Assembly (NCBI RefSeq): GCF_900167395.1
Contig: NZ_FUWK01000004.1
Coordinates: 60,001-92,000 of the forward strand
From: Nitrosomonas europaea
GTDB taxonomy: Bacteria > Pseudomonadota > Gammaproteobacteria > Burkholderiales > Nitrosomonadaceae
DNA: 32,000 bases
Reading direction: 5' to 3'
The position numbers and the translations under genes are program-made. Under the pieces are notes generated by a model that worked only from the letters and a program-made list of their open reading frames with translations, ran no database searches and had not been told where the DNA came from. Each line of letters starts with the position of its first letter. The first letter of the stretch is position 1. This document shows, piece by piece, positions 19,122 to 28,839 of this stretch.

Positions 19122-19919
19122 ATGACCTCTCATTGTATTCAGTGTGGCAGCAGTCGGATTCACAAGTCCCGTTTCAGGCCCGGCGAGCGCACACCTGCTA
19201 ATTTATTACTTTCTCCTTATCGCTGTCGCGATTGCAAAGCGCGTTTCTGGGGCAGGAATAATGATGCGTGTCTGGCAGCAGCGGCAGGTGTGGGGGGTAT
19301 ATTTCTACTGGGTACTTTCATTTGGGTAGGATTTTCCCTCAATGACCCCATGGAGAGAAGCCTGTCTTCACAGCCACAAACTGCTTTAACAGGATTATCC
19401 TGGCTGGACTCCCAATCTTCCCCCCATGTTTCATCAACCAACCTTACATTAGCAGAAGCAATTGAGCGTGGAGAAAAGATCGACCTACAATCAATCAAAA
19501 GTGAAGATACAAGCTCTTTGCCTGATCCAAGTGACAACCGGTTTTATACAATCAACCTTTTTCTTGAAAAAGCCAGGAAAGGCAACGCAGACGCCCAATA
19601 TCAGTTAGGCATACTATATCTGGCTGGCAAGGGAACTCTTCAGGATTTTTCCGAAGCTTCCAAATGGTTCATTCTGGCTGCCGAACAAAATCACCCTCTG
19701 GCTCAATATGAACTTGGCCTGCTTTATCAAGTTGGCCAAGGCGTGGAAATGGATAATGAAAAGAGTTATATGTGGTTCAATTTAGCTGCAGCAGCAGGAA
19801 TAGAACAGGCTATTGCGGCGCGTGATAAAGCTATGCGCTCATTGAGCCGTACGCAACTTTCATCAGCACAGAAAGCAGCCCGGGAATGGCTGGATTCCAG
19901 AAATAAACTTGGAAAATAA
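19122..19919 (+). CDS. Membrane-anchored Sel1/TPR-like repeat protein with an N-terminal Cys4 zinc-ribbon-like motif
   Basis: C5-x2-C8 ... C35-x2-C38 is followed by a hydrophobic segment (AAAAGVGGIFLLGTFIWVGFSL). The C-terminal half carries Sel1 repeats (AQYQLGILYLAGKG..., AQYELGLLYQVGQG..., MWFNLAAAAG). Confidence 0.8.
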   Translation: MTSHCIQCGSSRIHKSRFRPGERTPANLLLSPYRCRDCKARFWGRNNDACLAAAAGVGGIFLLGTFIWVGFSLNDPMERSLSSQPQTALTGLSWLDSQSSPHVSSTNLTLAEAIERGEKIDLQSIKSEDTSSLPDPSDNRFYTINLFLEKARKGNADAQYQLGILYLAGKGTLQDFSEASKWFILAAEQNHPLAQYELGLLYQVGQGVEMDNEKSYMWFNLAAAAGIEQAIAARDKAMRSLSRTQLSSAQKAAREWLDSRNKLGK

Positions 19920-19948
19920 TTACCCGGGCTTGATATAAGAAGCTGCTT

Positions 19949-21328
19949 CTAAAGTGCTTTAACCATATTTTCAACAACCTTCTTGGCATCACCGAATACC
20001 ATCATGGTTTTGTCCATATAGAAGAGGTCGTTGTCCAGCCCTGCATAACCGACAGCCATACTGCGTTTGACAACCATTACGGTACGCGCTTTGTGAGCTT
20101 CCAGAATCGGCATTCCATAAATCGGGCTTCCCGGTACGTTTGCCGCCGGGTTAACTACATCATTCGCACCCAATACCAGTACAACGTCGGTATTCGGAAA
20201 ATCGCTATTGATTTCATCCATTTCCTGCACCATTTCGTAGGGAATCTCCGCTTCTGCAAGCAGGACGTTCATATGTCCAGGCATACGGCCCGCAACCGGA
20301 TGAATTGCAAAACGAACATTGATACCTTTCTTGTGCAGAGCCTGAGCCAACTCCTTGACCGCATGCTGTGCACGTGCCACGGCCAATCCATATCCCGGAA
20401 TGATGATAACGCTATCCGCATTCCCCATCAGAAATGCTGCATCATCTGCACTACCGCTGCGATAGGATTTCTGTATTCCGTCATCGGTGCTCTGACTTCC
20501 TCCATCACTGCCGAAGCCTCCCAGAATGACAGAAAGAAACGGTCGATTCATGGCTTTACACATGATATAGGAAAGAATTGCGCCGGAACTGCCAACCAGC
20601 GATCCTGCTATAATCAGCATCGGATTCCCGAGTGAGAAGCCAATTCCTGCAGCAGCCCATCCCGAATAGGAGTTCAGCATGGAGATTACGACTGGCATAT
20701 CCGCGCCACCAATCGGGATGATGATGAGAAAACCGAGCAGAAAAGCAATGGCCGTCATTGCAGAAAATGCTGTCCAGTTCGTCGTCTCACTAAAAAAGAA
20801 CCATAAACCGAAACCAATCATAATAATGGCCAGCAACAGGTTAACCATGTGCTGACCGCTAAAAATAATCGGTGCACCACTCATCCGACCAGACAGTTTC
20901 AGGAATGCAATGACGGAACCGGACCATGTCATGGCACCAATGAAAGTTCCCAGAAAGAGCTCGAGTTTGCTGCCAGTTGGCAGTATTTCCGACAGACCGA
21001 ATGAGGTTGGATTATTGACGGCTGCAATTGCAATAAATACAGCAGCAAGACCCACCAGTGAGTGCATGAACGCGATAAGTTCAGGCATTGCAGTCATCTG
21101 GATCCGTTGCGCCACAATCGAACCAATAATCGCACCTACAGCGATACAACCGAGAATCAGTGGCCAGTTTTCGGTAATGGTCAGCGTTGTGAATACGGCA
21201 ATGCCCATCCCCAGCATGCCAAGAAGATTACCGCGGCGTGCAGTAAGAGGCGAACTCAATCCTTTAAGTGAGAGTATGAAAAATACAGCCGCTATCAGGT
21301 AGGCTAATGCAATGAAGTTAGCAGACAT
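19949..21328 (-). CDS. pntB: NAD(P) transhydrogenase subunit beta
   Basis: 459 aa with a multi-TM N-terminal half and a C-terminal NADP(H)-binding dIII domain (GYGLAVARAQH, HPVAGRMPGHMNVLLAEA). Confidence 0.96.
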   Translation of the reverse strand: MSANFIALAYLIAAVFFILSLKGLSSPLTARRGNLLGMLGMGIAVFTTLTITENWPLILGCIAVGAIIGSIVAQRIQMTAMPELIAFMHSLVGLAAVFIAIAAVNNPTSFGLSEILPTGSKLELFLGTFIGAMTWSGSVIAFLKLSGRMSGAPIIFSGQHMVNLLLAIIMIGFGLWFFFSETTNWTAFSAMTAIAFLLGFLIIIPIGGADMPVVISMLNSYSGWAAAGIGFSLGNPMLIIAGSLVGSSGAILSYIMCKAMNRPFLSVILGGFGSDGGSQSTDDGIQKSYRSGSADDAAFLMGNADSVIIIPGYGLAVARAQHAVKELAQALHKKGINVRFAIHPVAGRMPGHMNVLLAEAEIPYEMVQEMDEINSDFPNTDVVLVLGANDVVNPAANVPGSPIYGMPILEAHKARTVMVVKRSMAVGYAGLDNDLFYMDKTMMVFGDAKKVVENMVKAL

Positions 21329-21637
21329 TTAGGCTTGTCCTTTTTTGTCTTTTTTCTTAAACATTTCCAGCATACGCTGGGTAACGAGAAACCCACCAAA
21401 CACGTTGATGGATGCCAGAATTACGGCCGCAGCCCCTAACCATGCTCCCCAATCAGCCTCAGTTGATCCTGCTGCCAGCATCGCACCAACCAGGATAATA
21501 CTGGAAATAGCATTGGTTACTGACATCAGGGGAGTATGAAGAGCGGGAGTTACATTCCACACTACATGGTAGCCAACAAAAACAGCCAGGACGAATACCG
21601 TCAGATTTATGATCGTTGGATCAATTTCTCCAATCAT
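21329..21637 (-). CDS. pntAB: NAD(P) transhydrogenase subunit alpha part 2 (membrane dII segment)
   Basis: This 102-aa, three-TM protein abuts pntB with no gap. That is the typical split-alpha arrangement. Confidence 0.92.
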   Translation of the reverse strand: MIGEIDPTIINLTVFVLAVFVGYHVVWNVTPALHTPLMSVTNAISSIILVGAMLAAGSTEADWGAWLGAAAVILASINVFGGFLVTQRMLEMFKKKDKKGQA

Positions 21638-21692
21638 GTGCTTTCCTTATAGAGATTCATAAACTTTTGTGCGAACAATGTTGCCTGCCTGC

Positions 21693-22820
21693 TTATGATT
21701 TGCTAATTACTTCTCCAGCCATACAGACCAGACTGCCATCGATAATTTCATCTTCACGGTTTACGTTAAGCTCACCGGTTTGTGCATCAAGTATCAGATT
21801 CAGGAAATTCAGCAAGTTGCGTGCATATAGTGCACTGGCATCAGCGGCCACCAACCCGGGAAGGTTAGCGACACCTACCAGATGCACGCCATACTTGACT
21901 ACAGTCTTACCCAATTCCGATAACGGACAGTTTCCACCTGCTTCAACCGCCATATCAACGATTACTGATCCCGGTTTCATTGCTTTGACCGTTTCTTCAG
22001 TAATCAGAACGGGGGCCGGACGCCCCGGAATCAGAGCAGTCGTGATGATGATATCTGCAGCAGCAGCACGTTCCTGAATCAGCTCACCTTGCCGGCGTTT
22101 ATAATCTTCTGACATTTCGGTTGCATATCCGCCGGCAGTTTCAGCTTTGGCTTTTTCCTCATCTGTCAGAGGAACTTCCACAAATTTTGCACCCAGACTC
22201 TCAACCTGTTCCTTCACTGCAGGCCTTACGTCAAATGCCTCGATTACAGCTCCCAGACGTTTGGCGGTTGCAATAGCTTGAAGTCCGGCCACACCTGCCC
22301 CCAGAACCAGTACACGTGCAGCTTTGACTGTACCGGCTGCCGTCATTAGCATAGGGAAAAATTTCTGATATATATCGGCTGCCAGGATGACGGCTTTGTA
22401 TCCGCCAATATTTGCCTGGGAAGACAGTACGTCCATACTTTGTGCCCGCGATATTCGTGGCAGTTTTTCCATCGCGAATGCGGTCAATCCATGTCTGGCT
22501 ACAGATTCGATTTCTTCCGTATGATGCGGGGTAAGCAGACCTACCAGTACTGCATCCTTTTTCATTAGTACCAGCTCATCTGCTTCAGGCCCCCGTACCT
22601 TCAGTACGATCTGGGATTGTTCATACAACTGTGAAGCAGTAGAGATGATAGTAGCACCGGCCTCCTGATAAGCTGAATCAGGAATACTGGCACCAGCACC
22701 GGCGCCCGCCTGTACCAGAACAGTATGCAGCCCCTTGGCAGTCAGCTTTTTGACGGTTTCTGGCGTGGCCGCCACGCGCGTTTCTCCTGCACGCGTTTCG
22801 GCAGGTATGCCTATGTGCAT
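21693..22820 (-). CDS. pntAA: NAD(P) transhydrogenase subunit alpha part 1 (dI, NAD(H)-binding)
   Basis: 375 aa with an alanine-dehydrogenase/PNT fold (MHIGIPAETRAGETRVA, VLVLGAGVAGLQAIATAKRLGA). Confidence 0.96.
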   Translation of the reverse strand: MHIGIPAETRAGETRVAATPETVKKLTAKGLHTVLVQAGAGAGASIPDSAYQEAGATIISTASQLYEQSQIVLKVRGPEADELVLMKKDAVLVGLLTPHHTEEIESVARHGLTAFAMEKLPRISRAQSMDVLSSQANIGGYKAVILAADIYQKFFPMLMTAAGTVKAARVLVLGAGVAGLQAIATAKRLGAVIEAFDVRPAVKEQVESLGAKFVEVPLTDEEKAKAETAGGYATEMSEDYKRRQGELIQERAAAADIIITTALIPGRPAPVLITEETVKAMKPGSVIVDMAVEAGGNCPLSELGKTVVKYGVHLVGVANLPGLVAADASALYARNLLNFLNLILDAQTGELNVNREDEIIDGSLVCMAGEVISKS

Positions 22821-22940
22821 GGATATTCTCCCTTGTTATTTTGATGATTCATTAATTAAAAGTTGTGACATGGATCCAATTGGTGCCAAATTATAAATCA
22901 ATTTAAAGCCGATTGAATCCCGACGGCATTTTCTGTTTTG

Positions 22941-25900
22941 TCAGGAAACATGGCTACTGCCTTGTTGCAGACAATGGCCGATCCAGCGGCTCGTCAGTTT
23001 CTCCTGAACACTGTTCTGACGCAAGCGCGAAGCCAATCCACTGAAATCGACCAGATCCAACGGCTGATCCTGATTGAAGCAGGAAAAAACATAGGAAATA
23101 TCTCCTGTGACAGGATCCTTTTGCGGTTGCAGACATTGCGCACAGATTTCTTTCATCATGCACTGCATCGGAGAATTGATCGAACCCACCGCAAAATGCT
23201 CCACCTTAAGGTAAGGCGCAAGCTGCTGGTGCCGTGCGGCAGCTACGGCTGCCATCATACGATCGGAACCGATTGCAATGATGCGGTCAGCAGCCTGCAT
23301 CGAGATCGGTGCACTACCGAGTTCACCGCTGGCATAAGCAACCATTGCCTGTACGATATTTCCGACGTAACTCAGATCACCCAAACGTGAAGGTTGAAAG
23401 CCAGGCGCTTCATCACTGCACCAGACGATGGTATCCGCAGCCGCTTCTATTTCCGCGACTTTATAACGGTCAGCCAGTTTCTTGTAGCCGGCAAAATACA
23501 AAACTTTACAACCGGCAGCGCGCGCAGCAGCACCAATCGAGAATAGTACCGCGTTGCCCAGACCGCCTCCCACCAGTACAACAGTTTCGTGAGATTCAAT
23601 TTCTGTTGGAGTACCAGTAGGTCCCATCAGTACGACCGGTTCGCCTGGTTGAAGTAATGCACATAAATTTGCCGACCCCCCCATTTCCAGTGCTATCAAC
23701 GATACCAATCCGTTAGAAACATCCACTGAAGCGCCAGTGAGGGCGATACCTTCCATCGCCAAGCGTGTCTGTTCGGATATTCCTGCAAGTGAAGCATAAT
23801 TTTGGAAACGGTAAAACTGCCCCGGGTGGAAATGACGAGCCGCCAAGGGTGCATGGACAACAACCTCGATGATATTTGACGTCAGCCTTTCTACCTTATG
23901 CACAGTAGCACGCAACTGCCCGCCAATTTCAGTGAAAAACTGAGAGGCAGATTGCACTGATACAGGTCCGGCCTGGGCAAGTACACGACTGACTGTCGGA
24001 TATCCCTGTTTGGCACTAGCCATTGCTTTGACCACATTGCCGGAATAAGATGGATGCAAATCACCGAAGAAACTGATGAAACGTCCATCATCGGAGTGAC
24101 TCAGCAATACTGCGGGCGTTTCCGGTTTGGGATTGCCCCGGATTGCGTCAAGAGGCTGACCCTGTTCATCACAGGAAGCAAAATAACGTCCATTCAGTTT
24201 GAAGTTATGTGCATCTTCACGCGCCAGAACGGTATTAGGCTGAGTGCCTGCGGCGACCAGGATCGTCCGGGCAGGTTGAGTCACCTCGTTAACTTTATAC
24301 CAACTGCCCTCTTCATTGATTGCCTGAACAGCAAAACGGATAGCTTGAACATGCTCCCACTGATCAATATCGATTCTCAGTGGTGTCAGACCTTCTGCAA
24401 AATATATCCCCTCCTCCAATGCTTTCTCTACTTCTTCGTGATTGAGGGTATAGGAAGGACTGTCAATCAAACGTTTCCGATAGGCAATCATGGCGCCTCC
24501 CCATGATTGCAGCAATGCTGCAACACGGGGTTCGCGTCCTTCCCGCGCAGCCTGTGCTTTTTCATTGCGAATAGCTCGAGCATGAGTCATGAATTCTTCG
24601 GCAATCTCACGTTCTTCACTGTCCCAATTCGCTCGTATCGCGGCCTCACCCTGTACCGCAGCCAGTATTTCATAACGCCGCAGGAATTTTTCCACCTGAA
24701 CCGGATAATAAGCCAGTGCTTCTGTTGCGGCATCGATTGCCGTCAATCCGCCACCAATTACTACTACCGGCAACCGTAGCTGCATATTGGCGATAGAATC
24801 ACTCTGAGCAGCACCCGTCAGCTGAAGTGCCATCAGGAAATCAGAAGCTGCACGTACACCCCGTGCCAGTCCGTTAGGAATTTCCAGAATAGTCGGGCGT
24901 CCCGCGCCTGCCGCCAACGCAATATGATCAAATCCAAGATTCCATGCATCCTCGACAGTCAGCGTGCCACCAAAACGGGTGCCACCGAACAGTGCAAATT
25001 CCGAACGCCGTTCCAGCAATAAACGGATCAGTTTAAGAAAATTCTTGTTCCAGCGTACTGTAATACCATATTCAGCTACCCCCCCAAACCCTGCTGGTAA
25101 CCGCTCATCCAGATCCTCACTTAACTGCTCGACATCAAAAATCGGGGTAAAGGCACTACGTTCACCCTTTATGTTTATTCCGGACAGGCTGGCTGATAAA
25201 GGCTCTATTTTCAATCCATCCACGCCAACGACAGTATGCCCGTCATTCATCAGGTGATGTGACAATGTGTAGCCCGCTGGCCCCATTCCTACTACCAATA
25301 CTTTTTTACCTGTTGCCGCTTTAGGATAGGGCCTGAGTAAATCGAGAGGATTCCAGCGTGTCAAAAGACTGTAAATCTCAAATCCCCAGGGCAATTCGAG
25401 CACATCTTTCAATGTTCGTGTTTCCGCTTGCGGAATATTGACTGGATCCTGTTTCTGATAAATACACGATTTCATACAATCGTTACAGATACGATGCCCG
25501 GTTCCTGCGCACATTGGATTATCCAGCACGATCATGGCCAGGCTGCCAATTGCCACACCCTGTGTCTTGAGCTTGTGAAACTCCGATATCCGCTCTTCCA
25601 ATGGGCAACCAGCAAGTAGCACACCCAGGTCATTTTTCTTGAAAGCTTTTACTTCGGGAACTTCTTTTGATTTCTGCGGGAACCCTTTCGAGCAGGAGTC
25701 TTTGCCCTGTTCATGGCACCAAATACAGTAATTAGCTTCATCCAAAGCACCTGTCAGATCGGTCCCCTGGTCTGTCAGTGAAAAACCTTCCCGATAGCGG
25801 ACATGGTCGAGACTATGGACCGTATACCCGTTACGATCGTCACTCGTCAGGGATAACAGATGCTGAAAATCCAGTTTGCGCGGAGATTTGAACAAAATGC

Positions 25901-26492
25901 CCTGGCGAGTATGCGCCTGCCCTTCAGATGTGCGCAGTGCCCAGGCAGCATAGTGCAACGCAAGCTCGAGCTGAGCTGCATGATTGACTTCATCTTCCAT
26001 CCAGCGCGCAACATGTGACGCAAAAACCAGCTCTGAAAAAGGTTGGCCGAACTCTTCAACCAACTTCTGTTCAAGTATTGATCCGTTCAACGTTTGCAAT
26101 ACTTCATCACTTACTTTAGTTTTGGCGCGCCGCTGTACAAACTGACGCTTACAAAAATAAAGGGGCGCGAGTTCATGATGACGTGCAGTCAGTGCACTGA
26201 CCTCAGCTTTAATACCAAATAGCGTTGCAATGAAATCTTCCAGCCAGGGTGCAACTTCGATCAATAAAGCAGATTCATCCTTCCGAACCAGCAGTTCTGG
26301 ATTCTGACGAGCCTGAATCAGATGATCGTGTAACGTGGAATCACCTTCCTTGAGGAAATTCAGGAATATCTGATCGAGTTTGATCAAGCCGGCTCGTTCG
26401 TACAATTCAGGAAAAGAGATACCAAATTCTAGAGCGAGTGCCGTAACGGCAACTGTTGAAGATGTGGTAAATACTGATCGAGAATCAATCAT
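22941..26492 (-). CDS. Multidomain Fe-S flavoprotein with four parts: an unknown N-terminal region, an 8-Cys (2x[4Fe-4S]-like) segment, a GltD/NfnB-like FAD/NAD(P)H oxidoreductase, and a PyrK/NfnA-like FAD/[2Fe-2S] reductase
   Basis: 1183-aa ORF. Eight Cys lie between aa 256 and 343. Dinucleotide motifs are VVGMGPAG (aa 400-407) and VVIGGGLTAID (aa 577-587). The C-terminal module has VLVGGGLGNAV (aa 972-982) and C1111-x5-C1117-x2-C1120-x17-C1138. I cannot assign aa 1-250 to any family. Confidence 0.85.
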   Translation of the reverse strand: MIDSRSVFTTSSTVAVTALALEFGISFPELYERAGLIKLDQIFLNFLKEGDSTLHDHLIQARQNPELLVRKDESALLIEVAPWLEDFIATLFGIKAEVSALTARHHELAPLYFCKRQFVQRRAKTKVSDEVLQTLNGSILEQKLVEEFGQPFSELVFASHVARWMEDEVNHAAQLELALHYAAWALRTSEGQAHTRQGILFKSPRKLDFQHLLSLTSDDRNGYTVHSLDHVRYREGFSLTDQGTDLTGALDEANYCIWCHEQGKDSCSKGFPQKSKEVPEVKAFKKNDLGVLLAGCPLEERISEFHKLKTQGVAIGSLAMIVLDNPMCAGTGHRICNDCMKSCIYQKQDPVNIPQAETRTLKDVLELPWGFEIYSLLTRWNPLDLLRPYPKAATGKKVLVVGMGPAGYTLSHHLMNDGHTVVGVDGLKIEPLSASLSGINIKGERSAFTPIFDVEQLSEDLDERLPAGFGGVAEYGITVRWNKNFLKLIRLLLERRSEFALFGGTRFGGTLTVEDAWNLGFDHIALAAGAGRPTILEIPNGLARGVRAASDFLMALQLTGAAQSDSIANMQLRLPVVVIGGGLTAIDAATEALAYYPVQVEKFLRRYEILAAVQGEAAIRANWDSEEREIAEEFMTHARAIRNEKAQAAREGREPRVAALLQSWGGAMIAYRKRLIDSPSYTLNHEEVEKALEEGIYFAEGLTPLRIDIDQWEHVQAIRFAVQAINEEGSWYKVNEVTQPARTILVAAGTQPNTVLAREDAHNFKLNGRYFASCDEQGQPLDAIRGNPKPETPAVLLSHSDDGRFISFFGDLHPSYSGNVVKAMASAKQGYPTVSRVLAQAGPVSVQSASQFFTEIGGQLRATVHKVERLTSNIIEVVVHAPLAARHFHPGQFYRFQNYASLAGISEQTRLAMEGIALTGASVDVSNGLVSLIALEMGGSANLCALLQPGEPVVLMGPTGTPTEIESHETVVLVGGGLGNAVLFSIGAAARAAGCKVLYFAGYKKLADRYKVAEIEAAADTIVWCSDEAPGFQPSRLGDLSYVGNIVQAMVAYASGELGSAPISMQAADRIIAIGSDRMMAAVAAARHQQLAPYLKVEHFAVGSINSPMQCMMKEICAQCLQPQKDPVTGDISYVFSCFNQDQPLDLVDFSGLASRLRQNSVQEKLTSRWIGHCLQQGSSHVS

Positions 26493-26579
26493 ATTTTTAT
26501 CAGTTAAGGGATATTTTTCAGATACGAATAGGGAAACAGATTGAAGTGAAGCCTTGTGCCAATCAGAGCAATCAATGAT

Positions 26580-27851
26580 TCAGCAAATCATTCCAGCGGC
26601 AACAGTATTATTACTGACCTCATCTATCAGGATAAAACAGCCGGTTCCGCGGTTTTGGGTATAGGCATCAATGACAAGTGGTTGCTGTACTTTTATCCCA
26701 ATCCGGGCGATATCGTTCATTGTCAACGCATCAACCACCTCATGATTCATCGTATTGATATCGACCCGATAATCGATACGAGCAATCAGACCTTTGATCA
26801 TATGCGTGGTATGTTTAACGATATATTTGCGGCCAGGGTCAAATGATTGCTCTGATAACCAGCAAAGCATGGCATCGAATTCTCTGGTAACTCGCGGTGG
26901 CTCTCCACCATTGACCAGCATGTCCCCCCGCGAAATATCCAGATGATCCTCAATCGTCAATGTAACCGACTGCGGAGCAAATGCCGTTTCCAGAGTGCCA
27001 TTATAAAAAAGGATTTCTTTGACACGCGAAGTCAAACCAGACGGCAGTACCGTTACGGTATCTCCCACGTGCACGGAGCCGGATTCAATTCTTCCCATAT
27101 AACCACGAAAATCATGCATGGCTTCCGTTTGTGGACGGGAAACCCACTGTACCGGGAAACGAAAATCGTGCGTATTGACATCCTGTTTTATATCAATGGT
27201 TTCCAGATAGTCCAACAAGGGTTGACCTGAATACCAGCCCAGGTTGTCACCGCGTTCCACGACCATATCCCCCACCAGTGCAGACATCGGAATATATTCA
27301 ACGGAACGCGAACCCAACCCTTGCAAGAACGCGGAGAATTCAGTGCGAATCTGATTGAAGACATCCTCAGAATAACCAACCAGATCCATCTTATTGATCG
27401 CCACCACCAGATGAGGGATACCTACCAGACTGGCAAGATAGGCATGTCTCCGGGATTGTGTCAGAACACCTTTGCGCGCATCTATCAGGATAATTGCAAG
27501 ATTGGCGGTAGAAGCGCCCGTTACCATATTACGGGTATACTGCTCGTGGCCGGGTGTATCAGCAATGATGAATTTGCGTTTTGGGGTAGTGAAGTAACGA
27601 TAGGCTACATCGATGGTGATTCCCTGCTCCCGCTCTGCCTGCAAACCGTCAGTAAGCAGTGAAAGATCTACTTTTTCCATTCCCCGCTTATTGGAGGTCT
27701 TCGCAATGGCATTCAGCTGATCCTCGAAGATAGACTTGGAATCATGTAACAAGCGCCCGATCAGGGTACTTTTACCATCATCCACACTTCCAGCAGTAAT
27801 AAATCGAAGTAACTCGGCATGCTCGAGGCCAACATTTTCAACGACAGACAT
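26580..27851 (-). CDS. cysN: Sulfate adenylyltransferase subunit 1 (GTPase), without a fused APS kinase domain
   Basis: 423 aa with GTPase motifs (GSVDDGKST, DTPGH, NKMD). Its length shows that no CysC fusion is present. Confidence 0.95.
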   Translation of the reverse strand: MSVVENVGLEHAELLRFITAGSVDDGKSTLIGRLLHDSKSIFEDQLNAIAKTSNKRGMEKVDLSLLTDGLQAEREQGITIDVAYRYFTTPKRKFIIADTPGHEQYTRNMVTGASTANLAIILIDARKGVLTQSRRHAYLASLVGIPHLVVAINKMDLVGYSEDVFNQIRTEFSAFLQGLGSRSVEYIPMSALVGDMVVERGDNLGWYSGQPLLDYLETIDIKQDVNTHDFRFPVQWVSRPQTEAMHDFRGYMGRIESGSVHVGDTVTVLPSGLTSRVKEILFYNGTLETAFAPQSVTLTIEDHLDISRGDMLVNGGEPPRVTREFDAMLCWLSEQSFDPGRKYIVKHTTHMIKGLIARIDYRVDINTMNHEVVDALTMNDIARIGIKVQQPLVIDAYTQNRGTGCFILIDEVSNNTVAAGMIC

Positions 27852-27906
27852 GTCTCAGAAAACCTATGAAGATAAAAAATAATACTGAGGTTGCTTCAGC
27901 GTTACA

Positions 27907-28815
27907 CTAAAAATAGCCTTCCCGCTTCCGCAATTCCATTGATGCTTCTGAAGTCTGATCATCCATGCGTGTTGCACCCCGTTCAGTAATTCGCGTCAGT
28001 GCTGTTTCTGCAATGATCTCTTCAACATTTTTGGCATGAGAAGCAACCGGACAGGTACAACTCATATCACCGACAGTACGAAACCGTACCATCATGTTTT
28101 GTACATGCTCACCTGCTTTGGGTTGGACCAGATACGATATCGGTAACAGACCGTTGTCCCGCACAATCACTTCTCTTTCGTGTGCAAAATAAATTGATGG
28201 AATTTCAAGCTGCTCCCGCCCGATATATTCCCATATATCCAGCTCCGTCCAGTTACTGATCGGGAAAACCCGGATGTTCTCCCCCGGGTGTGTCCGGGTA
28301 TTGTAGAGACTCCATAATTCCGGACGCTGATTCTTTGGATCCCACTGACCGAATTCATCACGGAATGAGAAAATACGCTCCTTAGCCCGTGCTTTTTCTT
28401 CATCTCTGCGAGCACCGCCAATACAGGCATCAAATCCGAATTCCTCGATTGCATCCAGCAGTGTAATCGACTGAAAAGGATTACGACTCTGATTTCCAGA
28501 TCGTAAAACCACACGACCGCGCTGAATGGAATCTTCCATACTGCGCACAATCAGGCGTTCTCCCAGTTCTTTTGCCCGGTAATCCCGGAATTCGATTACC
28601 TCCGGAAAATTATGGCCGGTATCGATATGCATCAACGGAAAAGGAAACCGGCTGGGACGAAAAGCTTTCTCGGCCAGCCTCAGTAAAACGACTGAGTCCT
28701 TCCCTCCGGAAAAAAGCAGTACGGGATTGGTACATTCTGCTGCAACTTCCCGCATGATATGGATCGCTTCACTTTCCAGTGCATCCAGATGAGTAAAATA
28801 TGACCTTTGGTTCAT
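27907..28815 (-). CDS. cysD: Sulfate adenylyltransferase subunit 2
   Basis: 302 aa from the PAPS-reductase-like ATP pyrophosphatase family (LFSGGKDS, ARRDEE). It is adjacent to cysN. Confidence 0.96.
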   Translation of the reverse strand: MNQRSYFTHLDALESEAIHIMREVAAECTNPVLLFSGGKDSVVLLRLAEKAFRPSRFPFPLMHIDTGHNFPEVIEFRDYRAKELGERLIVRSMEDSIQRGRVVLRSGNQSRNPFQSITLLDAIEEFGFDACIGGARRDEEKARAKERIFSFRDEFGQWDPKNQRPELWSLYNTRTHPGENIRVFPISNWTELDIWEYIGREQLEIPSIYFAHEREVIVRDNGLLPISYLVQPKAGEHVQNMMVRFRTVGDMSCTCPVASHAKNVEEIIAETALTRITERGATRMDDQTSEASMELRKREGYF

Positions 28816-28839
28816 CTTGTTCGTGTTTAAAATACTAAT

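Noticed and set aside
20093-20635. 180-aa plus-strand ORF
   Set aside because: It is antisense to pntB and is a shadow ORF.
21616-22077. 153-aa plus-strand ORF
   Set aside because: It is antisense to the pntAB/pntAA junction, has no motifs and is a shadow ORF.
22938-23390. 150-aa plus-strand ORF, together with the similar ORFs at 24054-24506, 23309-23620 and 24507-24779
   Set aside because: All are antisense to the 1183-aa flavoprotein gene, whose domain motifs are continuous across these intervals.
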